Positions 20,933-30,500 of a stretch of 64,000 nt of DNA are shown piece by piece; position 1 is the first letter of the stretch; each line of letters begins with the position of its first letter. This stretch comes from Lysobacterales bacterium 66-474 (lineage in GTDB: Bacteria; Pseudomonadota; Gammaproteobacteria; Xanthomonadales; Rhodanobacteraceae), in assembly GCA_001899805.1 (NCBI GenBank), contig MKWP01000008.1, positions 80,859 through 144,858 of the forward strand, in the 5' to 3' direction. The position numbers and the translations under genes were made by a program. The notes under the pieces are model-generated. The model searched no databases, was not told where the DNA came from, and saw only the letters and a program-made list of their open reading frames with translations.

Positions 20933-21388
20933 ATGACCGCCCCCTTCCGCCTGCGCCAACTCGACCATGTGGTGCTGCGCGTGCGCGATGTCGCGGCGAT
21001 GCGGCGTTTCTATTGCGACGTGCTCGGCTGCACGCCGGAACTGGACCAGGCGGGCATCGGCCTGTTCCAGTTGCGCGCCGGCGCATCGTTGATCGACCTG
21101 GTGGACGTGAACGGCAAGCTGGGTAGCCAGGGCGGTGCGGCGCCGGGTGTCGAAGCCCGCAACATGGATCATTTCTGCCTGGCCGTCGACGATTACGACG
21201 AGGCCGCGATCGTCGCCCACCTGAAGGCGCACGATGCGCGCGTCGGCGACGTGGGCATGCGCTATGGCGCGGAAGGCGAAGGGCCGTCGATTTACGTACT
21301 GGATCCCGAAGGCAACGTGGTCGAATTGAAGGGACCGCCGATTCCGGGATCGCTGGCCGCCGCGAAAACCCGATCACGACAAGCGTAG
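20933..21388 (+). CDS. VOC (glyoxalase/bleomycin-resistance/dioxygenase) family protein
   Basis: 151 aa. LDHVVLRVRDVAAMRRFYCDVLG ... MDHFCLAV ... SIYVLDPEGNVVELKG is the paired beta-alpha-beta-beta-beta VOC pattern. Confidence 0.8.
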   Translation: MTAPFRLRQLDHVVLRVRDVAAMRRFYCDVLGCTPELDQAGIGLFQLRAGASLIDLVDVNGKLGSQGGAAPGVEARNMDHFCLAVDDYDEAAIVAHLKAHDARVGDVGMRYGAEGEGPSIYVLDPEGNVVELKGPPIPGSLAAAKTRSRQA

Positions 21389-21397
21389 GAGGCCTGC

Positions 21398-21670
21398 ATG
21401 CCCTGCCTGATGGTGTTGTTCGCGCTGTTCGTGCCGCGCGTGGTGATCGTGCTGTTGTGGCTGTTCTCGCACTGGTTCAGCGGCATCTTCAACATCGCGT
21501 TGTGGCCGGTGCTGGGCTTCATTTTCCTGCCGACCACGCTGCTGTGGTACACCGCGGTGCAGCACTGGTTCGGCGGCCAATGGACGCTGTGGCCGGTCGT
21601 CGGCATCGTGGTCGCGCTGCTGATCGACTTGTCGCCGGCATCGGGGAGGCGACGCGCGTACGGGCGCTGA
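21398..21670 (+). CDS. Small membrane protein (3 predicted TM helices), unknown function
   Basis: AGGAGG RBS at 21387-21392 overlaps the VOC stop. Hydrophobic, Trp-rich 90-aa product. Confidence 0.55.
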   Translation: MPCLMVLFALFVPRVVIVLLWLFSHWFSGIFNIALWPVLGFIFLPTTLLWYTAVQHWFGGQWTLWPVVGIVVALLIDLSPASGRRRAYGR

Positions 21671-21743
21671 CTTCTGGCAGGGGGCGGGCGACTCGCGTCG
21701 CACTAGGATCGGCGATTACTGTTGCCGTCGAGGTCTGCCGCGC

Positions 21744-24077
21744 ATGAGATCGTTCCGGCTTGTGGTGCTGATCGCGTTCATCGGCACGTTGCCGCCGGTT
21801 GCGCAGGCGCGGCAACTCACCGACGCCGATTACGCGCACGCCGTGAAGTTCCTCGCGCAGAACACCGATCCGCTGGTCGATCACGACGTGCAGCGCGTGA
21901 AGTGGCTGGATGCCACGCATTTCTGGTACATCGACCACGATGCCTCGGGCGACCACATCCTCGAGATGGATGCCGCGACCGGCAAGGCCGGGCCGGCGTT
22001 CGACCAGCAAAAACTCGCGGCGGCGCTGGGCAAGGCACGCGACAAGACGGTCGACGCAAGAAAATGGCCGCGCTCCGGATTCGATTTCCACGTCCTGCCG
22101 GATGGCAGCCTGGATGTGCAGCTGGGCAACGACTGGTACCGCTGCGACCTGTCCGGCGTGGGTGTGTGCACCGCGCGCGACAAATTGCTGAAGACCGGCA
22201 GCGAACCCGGCGCCCTGTCGCCGAATGGCAAGCTGCTGGCGTTTGTCCGCGACTGGAACCTGTGGGTGCGCGACCTCGCGACCGGCAAGGAAACGCAATT
22301 GACGCGCAATGGCGCGAAGGATTACGGCTACGCGACGCAGAACGCGGGCTGGATCCATGGCGACGGTGCGATCGTGCGCTGGTCGCCGGATTCGACGAAG
22401 ATCGCGACCTACCGGCAGGACCAGCGTGGTGTCGGCGAGATGGTCACGGTCGATACGCGGGTCGGGCATCCGAAGCTGGACGCGTGGAAGTATCCGCTGC
22501 CCGGCGACGAAAAGGTGTTCATGATCGAGCCGGTGGTGGTCGACGTCACCAGCAAAAAAATGTTGCGCCTGAAGATGGCGCCGGAGCAGCGCCTGTCCAC
22601 GTTGTGCGACACGCTGGCCTGCGACGAAGGCGAGCCCTACACGTGGAGCGACGTGAAGTGGGCGCCGGACGGCAGGACGCTGGCGCTGGTTTCCACTTCA
22701 CGCGATCGCCAGCACGAAACCTTCCGCATCGCCGATGCCGCGACCGGCGCGGTGCACACGGCATTCGAGTTCGCGTACAAGCCGTATTACGAGAGCGGAC
22801 ACGGTCGGGTGAACTGGCAATACCTCCCGAAGACCAACGAGGCGATCTGGCCGTCCGAACAGAACGATTGGAGCAATTTATATCTGTATGACCTCAAGAC
22901 CGGCAGGCAACTGCGGCCAGTGACTTCGGGCGCAGGCAACGTCGCCCAAGTACTGCACCTCGACCGCGACAAGCGCACGCTGTGGTTCGTGGGCGTGGGC
23001 CGCACACCGGGCGTCAATCCGTATTACCGGCAATTCTTCAAGGTTGATGTCGATACCGGCAAGACCACGTTGCTGACGCCGGAGGACGCCGACCACACCA
23101 TCACGATGTCGCCGGACGGCAAGTATTTCGTGGACTCGTATTCCACGCCGACCACGCCCCCGGTGACGGTGCTGCGCGATGCGGACGACGGCCGCGTCGT
23201 CGCGACGGTCGCACGTGCCGACATTGCACGATTGAAAGCCGCGGGATGGGTGCCGCCGACGCCGATCACGGTGAAGGCGCGCGACGGCAAGACCACGCTG
23301 TACGGGATGCTGTTCAAGCCGACGAATTTCGATCCGCGCAAGAAATATCCGGTCGTCGATTACATCTATCCCGGCCCGCAGACCGGCTCGGTGCGCGGAC
23401 GCAGCTTCAGCGCCGCGCGCCTTGACCACCAAGCCATGGCAGAGCTCGGTTTCATCGTGATCGCGATCGACGGCATGGGCACGCCCTGGCGTTCGGCGAG
23501 CTTCCATCACTACTGGTATGGCGACATGGGCGACAACACGCTGCCCGACCAGGTCGCCGGCATCGAGGAGCTGGCGCAGCGTTACCGATGGATCGACGCC
23601 ATGCGCGTCGGCATCTGGGGCCATTCCGGAGGCGGCAATGCGACCGCGGGCGCGATGTTCCGCTATCCCGACTTCTTCAAGGTCGGCTGGGCCGAGAGCG
23701 GCAACCACGACAACCGCAATTACGAAAACGACTGGGGCGAGAAATACCAGGGCTTGCTGGTCACGAACAAGGACGGCAGCACCAATTACGACAACCAGGC
23801 CAACCCGTTGCTCGCGAAGAACCTGAAAGGGCACCTGATGCTGGTGCACGGCGAGATCGACGACAACGTGCCGGTCGGCAACACGTATCTGGTGGTCGAC
23901 GCGCTGATCAAGGCCAACCGCGATTTCGATCTTCTGGTCCTGCCGCACGCGCACCACGGCTACGCCGAGGACGCGCCGTACGTGATGCGGCGGCGCTGGG
24001 ATTACTTCGTGCAATACCTCGCGGGCAACACGCCGCCTCGCGAGTTCAGGATGCCGAGCCCGGATTCCGGGCCCTGA
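21744..24077 (+). CDS. S9 family serine peptidase (DPP-IV-like beta-propeller + prolyl oligopeptidase catalytic domain)
   Basis: Signal peptide MRSFRLVVLIAFIGTLPPVAQA; catalytic-Ser motif GIWGHSGGG; HGEIDDNV (Asp) and PHAHHGY (His) regions. Confidence 0.88.
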   Translation: MRSFRLVVLIAFIGTLPPVAQARQLTDADYAHAVKFLAQNTDPLVDHDVQRVKWLDATHFWYIDHDASGDHILEMDAATGKAGPAFDQQKLAAALGKARDKTVDARKWPRSGFDFHVLPDGSLDVQLGNDWYRCDLSGVGVCTARDKLLKTGSEPGALSPNGKLLAFVRDWNLWVRDLATGKETQLTRNGAKDYGYATQNAGWIHGDGAIVRWSPDSTKIATYRQDQRGVGEMVTVDTRVGHPKLDAWKYPLPGDEKVFMIEPVVVDVTSKKMLRLKMAPEQRLSTLCDTLACDEGEPYTWSDVKWAPDGRTLALVSTSRDRQHETFRIADAATGAVHTAFEFAYKPYYESGHGRVNWQYLPKTNEAIWPSEQNDWSNLYLYDLKTGRQLRPVTSGAGNVAQVLHLDRDKRTLWFVGVGRTPGVNPYYRQFFKVDVDTGKTTLLTPEDADHTITMSPDGKYFVDSYSTPTTPPVTVLRDADDGRVVATVARADIARLKAAGWVPPTPITVKARDGKTTLYGMLFKPTNFDPRKKYPVVDYIYPGPQTGSVRGRSFSAARLDHQAMAELGFIVIAIDGMGTPWRSASFHHYWYGDMGDNTLPDQVAGIEELAQRYRWIDAMRVGIWGHSGGGNATAGAMFRYPDFFKVGWAESGNHDNRNYENDWGEKYQGLLVTNKDGSTNYDNQANPLLAKNLKGHLMLVHGEIDDNVPVGNTYLVVDALIKANRDFDLLVLPHAHHGYAEDAPYVMRRRWDYFVQYLAGNTPPREFRMPSPDSGP

Positions 24078-24102
24078 CGGCTCCCCCGCGCCGTTGGCGT
24101 CC

Positions 24103-24266
24103 GTTGCGCGGAAACCGGTTCCGGATAGCGCTGCGCGCGTCCGGAATGACGAGCAAAACGTCAAGTCCCTTGTCATTGCCGGTGTCAGTTGCGCGGAAAC
24201 CGGTTCCGGATCGCGCTGCGCGCGTCCGGAATGACGAGCAAATCCCGAGCTCTTGTCATTCCGGGG
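24103..24266. repeat. Tandem duplication (period ~85 nt) of a CCGGAATGAC...GTCATTCCGG hairpin repeat unit
   Basis: The 55-nt blocks at 24103-24157 and 24188-24242 differ at one base. Each is followed by CTTGTCATTNCCGG, which completes the hairpin. Confidence 0.6.
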
Positions 24267-24550
24267 CGACCCGGAGGGGCGAACCCGATCGCATTTGCAG
24301 GATTGCAAATGCAAACGCCGAAGGCGGCCCGCAGGGCGAGCGCCAGGGATGGCGCGAGTCAATCGGTCTCGGCGTGGCGTCGTGCGTTCCGTGGCGCCCC
24401 GTTGGCCGGTATTCATGGATTTTCGTAGTGTAACGATATAACATTGCGCGCCTGTCGCCGCCCAACCCTGCGGTTCTCCGGCGACAGGCGTTATCCGACA
24501 CGTTGGCCGGATCGGCGCGGCGCCGATCCATGCAAAGAGAACCGCCCGGG

Positions 24551-26059
24551 ATGATTCGTTTCTTTTCGTCGCCTGCGCCATCGCGTGCATTGCTGCCCGC
24601 ATTGGTCACGGCATCGCTGGCGCTGGCCGGCTGCGCGGCCGGTCCGGATTTCAAGCCACCGGCGCCGCCAACGGTCCCGGGCTACACCGCGCAGCCATTG
24701 GCGGCGACCGCCGCGACGCCGGACGTGGCAGGCGGCGGCGCCCAACGTTTCGCACAGGGCGCGGACATCCCCGGCGATTGGTGGACGTTGTTCCATTCGC
24801 AGTCGCTGGACGCGTTGATTGGGCAGGCGCTCAGGAACAACCATGACCTGAAAGCGGCGCAGGCCGCGTTGCAGGTCGCGCACGAGGACGTGCTGGCGCA
24901 ACGCGGATCGTTCCTTCCCGCGGTGTCGGCCGGATTCGATGCGAGTCGCCAGAGCGCCTCGAACATCCTCGCTCCGGTCCCGAACTTTCCCGCGGTGCCG
25001 CAGGAGTTCCGATACAACCTGTTCACACCGCAGCTCTCGATCAGTTACGCGCCCGACCTGTTCGGGTTGAACCGGCGCACGCGCGAATCGCTCAAGGCGC
25101 AGGAACAGGCCGCGCGTTTCCAGATGATCGCGGCGTGGACCACGCTGACTTCCAACGTCGTGGTCACCGCGGTCGAGGAAGCCGCGCTGCGCGAACAGGT
25201 CGACGCCACCCGCGAGTCCGTCGACATCGCGAAGAAGAGCCTCGCGATCCTGCAGCTCAGGTTCGAGAAGGGCGATGCCAGCAAGCTGGACGTGGCCGCG
25301 CAGCAGACGCAGCTTGCGCAGGCCGAAGCCGGCCTGCCCGCGCTGGTGAAGCAACTGGCCGCGACGCGGCACGCGCTGGCGGTGCTGGTTGGCGAATTTC
25401 CCGATCAGGCACAGGTGGAATCGTTCACGCTCGCCGATCTGCGCCTTCCCGAAACCCTGCCCGTCAGCCTGCCGTCGACCTTGGTCGCCCAGCGTCCGGA
25501 CGTGCGCCAGGCGCGCGCCAACCTGCACGCGGCCAGCGCCGCGATCGGCATTGCCGCCGCCGAGCGACTGCCGCAGATCGAGCTGACCGCGAATGCCGGC
25601 AGCACCGCGCTCGAGATATCCAGGGTGTTCACTTCGGGCACCGGCTTCTGGGGCATTGCAGCGTCGCTGACCGCGCCGATCTTCGAAGGCGGGCAGCTCA
25701 TGCATCAGGAACGCGCCGCCAAGGCAGCGTACGTCGAGGCCGCCGAGCAATACCGCGGCACGGTGTTGATGGCGTTCCAGAACGTCGCCGACACGCTGGT
25801 CGCGCTCGACCAGGATGCCCGCAGTCTGCAGGCCGCCGCGAAAGCCGAGCAGGCCGCGAAGACCACGCTGGACCTGTCGCACCTGCAACTCGGGCACGGC
25901 TACATCGGCACCTTCGAATTGCTGGCCGCGCAACAGGCGTACCAGCAGGCGCGGATCGCGCTGGTCACGGCCGAGGCCAATCGTTTCGCCGACACCGCTG
26001 CGCTGTACCAGGCGCTGGGCGGCGGCTGGTGGCACCACCCTGAAATGGGCACAAGATGA
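24551..26059 (+). CDS. RND efflux outer-membrane factor lipoprotein (NodT/CzcC-like)
   Basis: Lipobox LALAGC; two OEP repeats (WWTLFHSQSLDALIGQALRNNHDLKAA...; LVAQRPDVRQARANLHAAS...). Start is uncertain (ATG 24530 or 24551). Confidence 0.85.
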   Translation: MIRFFSSPAPSRALLPALVTASLALAGCAAGPDFKPPAPPTVPGYTAQPLAATAATPDVAGGGAQRFAQGADIPGDWWTLFHSQSLDALIGQALRNNHDLKAAQAALQVAHEDVLAQRGSFLPAVSAGFDASRQSASNILAPVPNFPAVPQEFRYNLFTPQLSISYAPDLFGLNRRTRESLKAQEQAARFQMIAAWTTLTSNVVVTAVEEAALREQVDATRESVDIAKKSLAILQLRFEKGDASKLDVAAQQTQLAQAEAGLPALVKQLAATRHALAVLVGEFPDQAQVESFTLADLRLPETLPVSLPSTLVAQRPDVRQARANLHAASAAIGIAAAERLPQIELTANAGSTALEISRVFTSGTGFWGIAASLTAPIFEGGQLMHQERAAKAAYVEAAEQYRGTVLMAFQNVADTLVALDQDARSLQAAAKAEQAAKTTLDLSHLQLGHGYIGTFELLAAQQAYQQARIALVTAEANRFADTAALYQALGGGWWHHPEMGTR

Positions 26060-26091
26060 ACTCGAATAATCATGTGATGGACGAAATTGAA

Positions 26092-26236
26092 CCCCTCTCC
26101 CTCCGGGAGAGGGGCAGGGGTGAGGGTTCGGATCAGCCCGGTGCTGCAACCCTGCGCGAGCGTCTCATCCTTTCGGGTATTTCGAACCCTCACCCGGCGC
26201 TGCGCGCCACCCTCTCCCGGAGGGAGAGGGGAAAAA
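26092..26236. repeat. Bipartite GC-rich palindromic (REP-type) element inside the efflux operon
   Basis: Same two modules as 15328-15449. It occupies most of the 200-nt gap between the OMF stop (26059) and the adaptor start (26260). Confidence 0.6.
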
Positions 26237-26259
26237 GCGGTACGCCGCCGTTGCGCGCG

Positions 26260-27381
26260 ATGGGCACCATGCTCGCGGTTGTTTTTGCGGCGTGTCTCGC
26301 CGGGTGCTCGGGTCACCCGCAGTCCGTGGAGTCATCCACCACGCCGCACAACGTCACCCTGACGAAGGAACAGCAAGCCAGCATCCACGTCGTCACGGTC
26401 GCGGTGACGCAGTACCACGCCACCATCACCACGACCGGCGTGGTGGATTTCGATCGCAACCGCGCGACCGACATCCTGGCGCCGTTCTCCGGCGCGGTGA
26501 CGAAGGTGCTGGTGACACAAGGCCAGCACGTCGCGAAAGGGCAGGCCCTCGCGGAAGTGGCCTCGCCCGATTTCGCCACGGCCGCAGGCGCCTATCGGCA
26601 GACGGTGCTGGCCGCGAAGGCGGCCGACGCGGTGGCGTCGAATGATCGCGACCTGTTCGCGCACCAGGCGATTTCCGAGCGCGAGAACGCGCAGGCGCAG
26701 GCCGATGCCGCGACCGCCGACGCCAATCGCGCCGCCGCGCTGCAAACGCTGGTGGCGTTGCACATGGACCCGCAAGCCATCGCGGCCATCCGCGACGGGA
26801 AAACCGTGGCGGGCGGGCAGGGCGTGATCCGCGCGCCGATCGCAGGCACGCTGGTCGCGAAATCCATTGCGCCGGGACAAACGTTGGCCGCCGGCACCAC
26901 GCCGTGCTTCACCATCGCCGACACCGCGACGATGTGGGTGATGGCGAATGTCTTCGGTGGCGACGCCGCAGGCGTGCGGGTGGGTGATCCGGCTGCCGTG
27001 GTGACGGGCGATGGCGACAAGCCGATCGACGGCACCGTCACCAATGTCGGCGCGGTGATCGATCCGGACACGCGCGCGGTCGCGGCACGCGTGCACGTGG
27101 ACAACGCCAACGACGTGCTGAAGAAACAGATGTACGTGACGGTGCGCATCCAGTCGCACGCGCCGCACCACGGACTGCTGGTCCCCGTGACCGCGGTGCT
27201 GCGCGACGACGAAAACCTGCCGTTCGTGTACGTGGTCGAATCCGACGGCAGTTACGCGCGCCGCCCGGTCACGCTGGGCGCGCGCGTGGACGACCGCTAC
27301 GTGATTCCGGAAGGACTCCACCACGGCGACAAGGTGGTGGTGGACGGCAGCATCTTCCTGCAATTCATCCAGTCGCAATGA
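26260..27381 (+). CDS. RND efflux periplasmic adaptor (membrane fusion protein, CzcB/CusB-like)
   Basis: Lipoprotein-like MGTMLAVVFAACLAGCSG, then biotinyl-lipoyl/beta-barrel motifs (ILAPFSGAVTKVLVTQGQHVAKGQALAEV; IRAPIAGTLVAKSIAPGQ). The stop overlaps the pump start (ATGA). Confidence 0.85.
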   Translation: MGTMLAVVFAACLAGCSGHPQSVESSTTPHNVTLTKEQQASIHVVTVAVTQYHATITTTGVVDFDRNRATDILAPFSGAVTKVLVTQGQHVAKGQALAEVASPDFATAAGAYRQTVLAAKAADAVASNDRDLFAHQAISERENAQAQADAATADANRAAALQTLVALHMDPQAIAAIRDGKTVAGGQGVIRAPIAGTLVAKSIAPGQTLAAGTTPCFTIADTATMWVMANVFGGDAAGVRVGDPAAVVTGDGDKPIDGTVTNVGAVIDPDTRAVAARVHVDNANDVLKKQMYVTVRIQSHAPHHGLLVPVTAVLRDDENLPFVYVVESDGSYARRPVTLGARVDDRYVIPEGLHHGDKVVVDGSIFLQFIQSQ

Positions 27382-30300
27382 GCGCGCAACCGCCGGGAAA
27401 CGAAGCGTCGCGCAACGCTTCGATGATCAACCGCATCGTCGCGTTCGCCTTGCAGCAGCGCTTGTTGATCGTGCTGTTGTCGCTGGGCATGGCGGCGGCC
27501 GGCGTGTGGGCCTACAAGGTCCTGCCGATGGACGCCTACCCCAACCTGTCGCCGCCGATGGTGGAAATCATCACCCAGTGGCCGGGGCATTCGGCGGAAG
27601 AAGTCGAGCAGCAGATCACGGTGCCGATGGAACTCGGCATGAATGCGATCCCGGGCCTCGTCACCAAGCGTTCGATTTCGCTGTACGGCCTGTCAGACGT
27701 CACGTTGACGTTTTCGGACGACACGGACCACTACTTCGCGCGCCAGCGCGTGTACAACCGCTTGCCGCAAGTCACCTTGCCGAGCGGCGTGTCGCCGTCG
27801 ATCTCGCCGATGTCGCCGCCGTCGGGGCTGGTCTACCGCTACGTGCTGCAGAGCACCGACCGCTCGCCGATGGAGTTGAAAACGCTCGAGGACTGGGTGG
27901 TCGCGCCGCAGTACCGTTCGGTGCCGGGCGTGGCCGACGATTCGGGGTTCGGCGGCGGCACCATGCAATACCAGGTGCTGCTGGATCCGGTGAAGATCGC
28001 CGGGCTCGGCTTGAGCGTGTCGCAGGTCGAGGCCTCGCTCGCCGCCAACAACAGCAACGCCGGCGGCGGCTTCTACCAGCAGGGCGGGCAGTTCTTCTAC
28101 GTGCGCGGGCTCGGCCGCATCAGGACGCCCGAGGACATCGACAACATCGTGCTGGCGATGCACGACGGCACGCCGGTGCTGGTGAAGGACGTCGCGAAGG
28201 TGAAGATCGGCATCGCGCCGCGCCTCGGCGAGTTCGGCTACATGAACCAGGACGACGCCGTGGAAGGCGTGATCCTGGCGCTGACCGGATCCAAGACCGA
28301 AGACGTGCTGAAGGCGGTCGAGGCCAAGACGAAGGAATTGAATGAAACGATCCTGCCGAAGGACGTGAAGGTCCACCCGTTCTACGACCTCACCACGCTG
28401 ATCGACCAGACCAAGGGCGTGGTGATGCACAACCTCACGGTCGGCCTGGTGCTGGTGATCGCGGTGCTGGTGTTCTTCCTGTACGACCTGCGCGCGGGGT
28501 TGATCGTGGCGGTGACGGTGCCGCTGGCCTTGCTGTTCGCGTTCCTGTGCCTTGACTTGAAGAACGCCTCGGCCAACCTGCTGTCGATCGGCGCGGTGGA
28601 TTTCGGCATCCTCGTGGATGGCGCGATCTTCATGGTCGAGAACATCTTCCGCGAACTCGCGGCGCGACGTGGCACCGAGTACGAGATCAAGGAAGTGATC
28701 CTCGGCGCCGCCGCCGAGATCGACCGTCCGCTGGTGTACGCGGTCGCGGTGATCGTCGCGAGTTTCCTTCCGATCTATTTCCTCACCGGGCCGTCCGGCA
28801 CGCTGTTCAAGCCGATGGCCGACACCATGATCTTCGCGCTGGTCGGCTCGCTCATCGTCACGCTGACGCTGCTGCCAGTGCTGTGCGGCATCTTCATGCG
28901 CAAGGGCGTGCGCGAACGCCGCAACGCGATCTACGAGAAATTCAAGGCGTGGTACGTGCGCTGGCTGGAACGCGCGCAACGCGTGCCGTGGCGGGTCACC
29001 GCAGGTTCGGCGGTGCTGCTGGCGCTGGCGTTCCTGATGATGCAGGGCATCGGCGCCGAGTTCATGCCGAATCTCGACGAAGGCGCGTTGTGGGTGCGCG
29101 CGACCATGCCGTACTCCATCTCGTTCGAGAAGGCCTCGGAAATCTCGCCCGAGATCCGGCACGTGCTGATGTCGTTCCCGGTCGTCACCACGGTGACGTC
29201 GGAATTGGGTCGTCCCGACGACGGCACCGATTCGACCGGATTCTTCAACGACGAGTTCTTCGTCGGCCTGAAACCGTATTCGGAATGGAAAGGCCAATAC
29301 CGCGACAAGCAGGCCTTGATCGCCGCGATCGACAGGAAGCTCGAAAGATTCCCGGGCATCCAGTTCAACTACACCCAACCGGCCGAGGACGCAGTGGATG
29401 AGGCCGAGACGGGCCTGAAGAGCGCGCTGGCGGTGAAGATCTACGGGCCGAGCCTGCAGGTGCTGCAGAAGGAAGGCAAGGCCATCAAGGCGGTGATGGA
29501 GAAGGTGCGCGGCATCACCGACATCACGCTGGTGCACGAACTCGGCCAGCCCAACCTCGCGATCGACATCGACCGCGCGAAGATCGCGCGCTATGGCTTG
29601 AATGTCGACGACATCAACAACCTCATCAACGCCGCGATCGGCGGCGATGTCGCCAGCGAAGTGGTGCAGGGCGACAAGCAGTTCGACCTCGTCGTGCGCC
29701 TGCAGCAGCGCTTCCGCGACAATCCGGAGGAAATCGGCGATATCCCGGTGGCGACGCCGGGCGGGCAGCAGATTCCGTTGAAGGAACTGGCCAGCATCAA
29801 GGTCGCGAACGGCGCGTCCTTCATCTATCGCGAAAACAACTCGCGCTACATCGGCGTGCAGTTCTCGGTGTCGGGACGCGACCTCGCCGGCGCCGTGGAC
29901 GACGCGATCACGCGGGTCGCGAAGGACGTGAAACTGCCGCAGGGTTACCGGATGGAATGGGGCGGCGAATACAAGGAATACACGGCGTCGCGCGCGCAGA
30001 TGCGGGTGATCCTGCCGCTCACGGTGATCGTGATCTTCGGCCTGCTGTTCGTGCTGTACGGCAACTTCAAGTTCCCGCTGATCACGGTGGTCGGCGTGCT
30101 GCTGTCGGCGCCGGTCGGCGCGGTGTTCGCGATGTGGGTCACCGGCACGCCGTTCTCGGTATCGTCGGGGATCGGTTTCATCGTGCTGTTCGGCGTATCG
30201 GTGCTGACCGGCGTGGTCTACATCTCCTGCGCGAACGAATTGCGCCTGGGCGGCATGGACAAGCTGCTCGCCGCGCACGAAGCCGCAGTGTTGCGCCTGC

Positions 30301-30500
30301 GGCCGATCCTGATGACCGCGCTGGTGGCGGCGCTGGGCTTGCTGCCCGCCGCGGTTGCGCACGGCGTCGGCACCGATTCGCAGCGCCCCTTCGCGCTGGT
30401 GATCGTGGCGGGGATGATCTCGCGACTCGCGATCGGCATCTTCCTGATGCCGGCCTTGTACAAGCTGGTCGCGCGCGAAGGCGATCGCCTGCAGGTGTGA
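27378..30500 (+). CDS. Heavy-metal efflux RND pump, CzcA/CusA family
   Basis: 1040 aa, 12-TM RND architecture. N-terminus IVAFALQQRLLIVLLSLGMAAAGVWAY...DAYPNLSPPMVEIITQWPG is typical of the HME-RND family. Confidence 0.92.
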   Translation: MSAQPPGNEASRNASMINRIVAFALQQRLLIVLLSLGMAAAGVWAYKVLPMDAYPNLSPPMVEIITQWPGHSAEEVEQQITVPMELGMNAIPGLVTKRSISLYGLSDVTLTFSDDTDHYFARQRVYNRLPQVTLPSGVSPSISPMSPPSGLVYRYVLQSTDRSPMELKTLEDWVVAPQYRSVPGVADDSGFGGGTMQYQVLLDPVKIAGLGLSVSQVEASLAANNSNAGGGFYQQGGQFFYVRGLGRIRTPEDIDNIVLAMHDGTPVLVKDVAKVKIGIAPRLGEFGYMNQDDAVEGVILALTGSKTEDVLKAVEAKTKELNETILPKDVKVHPFYDLTTLIDQTKGVVMHNLTVGLVLVIAVLVFFLYDLRAGLIVAVTVPLALLFAFLCLDLKNASANLLSIGAVDFGILVDGAIFMVENIFRELAARRGTEYEIKEVILGAAAEIDRPLVYAVAVIVASFLPIYFLTGPSGTLFKPMADTMIFALVGSLIVTLTLLPVLCGIFMRKGVRERRNAIYEKFKAWYVRWLERAQRVPWRVTAGSAVLLALAFLMMQGIGAEFMPNLDEGALWVRATMPYSISFEKASEISPEIRHVLMSFPVVTTVTSELGRPDDGTDSTGFFNDEFFVGLKPYSEWKGQYRDKQALIAAIDRKLERFPGIQFNYTQPAEDAVDEAETGLKSALAVKIYGPSLQVLQKEGKAIKAVMEKVRGITDITLVHELGQPNLAIDIDRAKIARYGLNVDDINNLINAAIGGDVASEVVQGDKQFDLVVRLQQRFRDNPEEIGDIPVATPGGQQIPLKELASIKVANGASFIYRENNSRYIGVQFSVSGRDLAGAVDDAITRVAKDVKLPQGYRMEWGGEYKEYTASRAQMRVILPLTVIVIFGLLFVLYGNFKFPLITVVGVLLSAPVGAVFAMWVTGTPFSVSSGIGFIVLFGVSVLTGVVYISCANELRLGGMDKLLAAHEAAVLRLRPILMTALVAALGLLPAAVAHGVGTDSQRPFALVIVAGMISRLAIGIFLMPALYKLVAREGDRLQV

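Noticed and set aside
24103-24266. Possible CRISPR array, suggested by the direct repeats with ~30-nt spacing
   Set aside because: There are only two copies. The units are internally palindromic members of a dispersed repeat family, and no cas genes or further repeats are present.
26056-26259. N-terminal 68-aa extension of the efflux adaptor ORF (start at 26056)
   Set aside because: The extension is the translation of the REP-type palindrome (PLSLRERGRGEG...SRRERGKS). A lipoprotein-like signal begins at the internal Met (26260).
27693-30362. 889-aa minus-strand ORF opposite the RND pump gene
   Set aside because: It is a shadow frame of a 12-TM RND transporter and is extremely Arg/His/Asp-rich.
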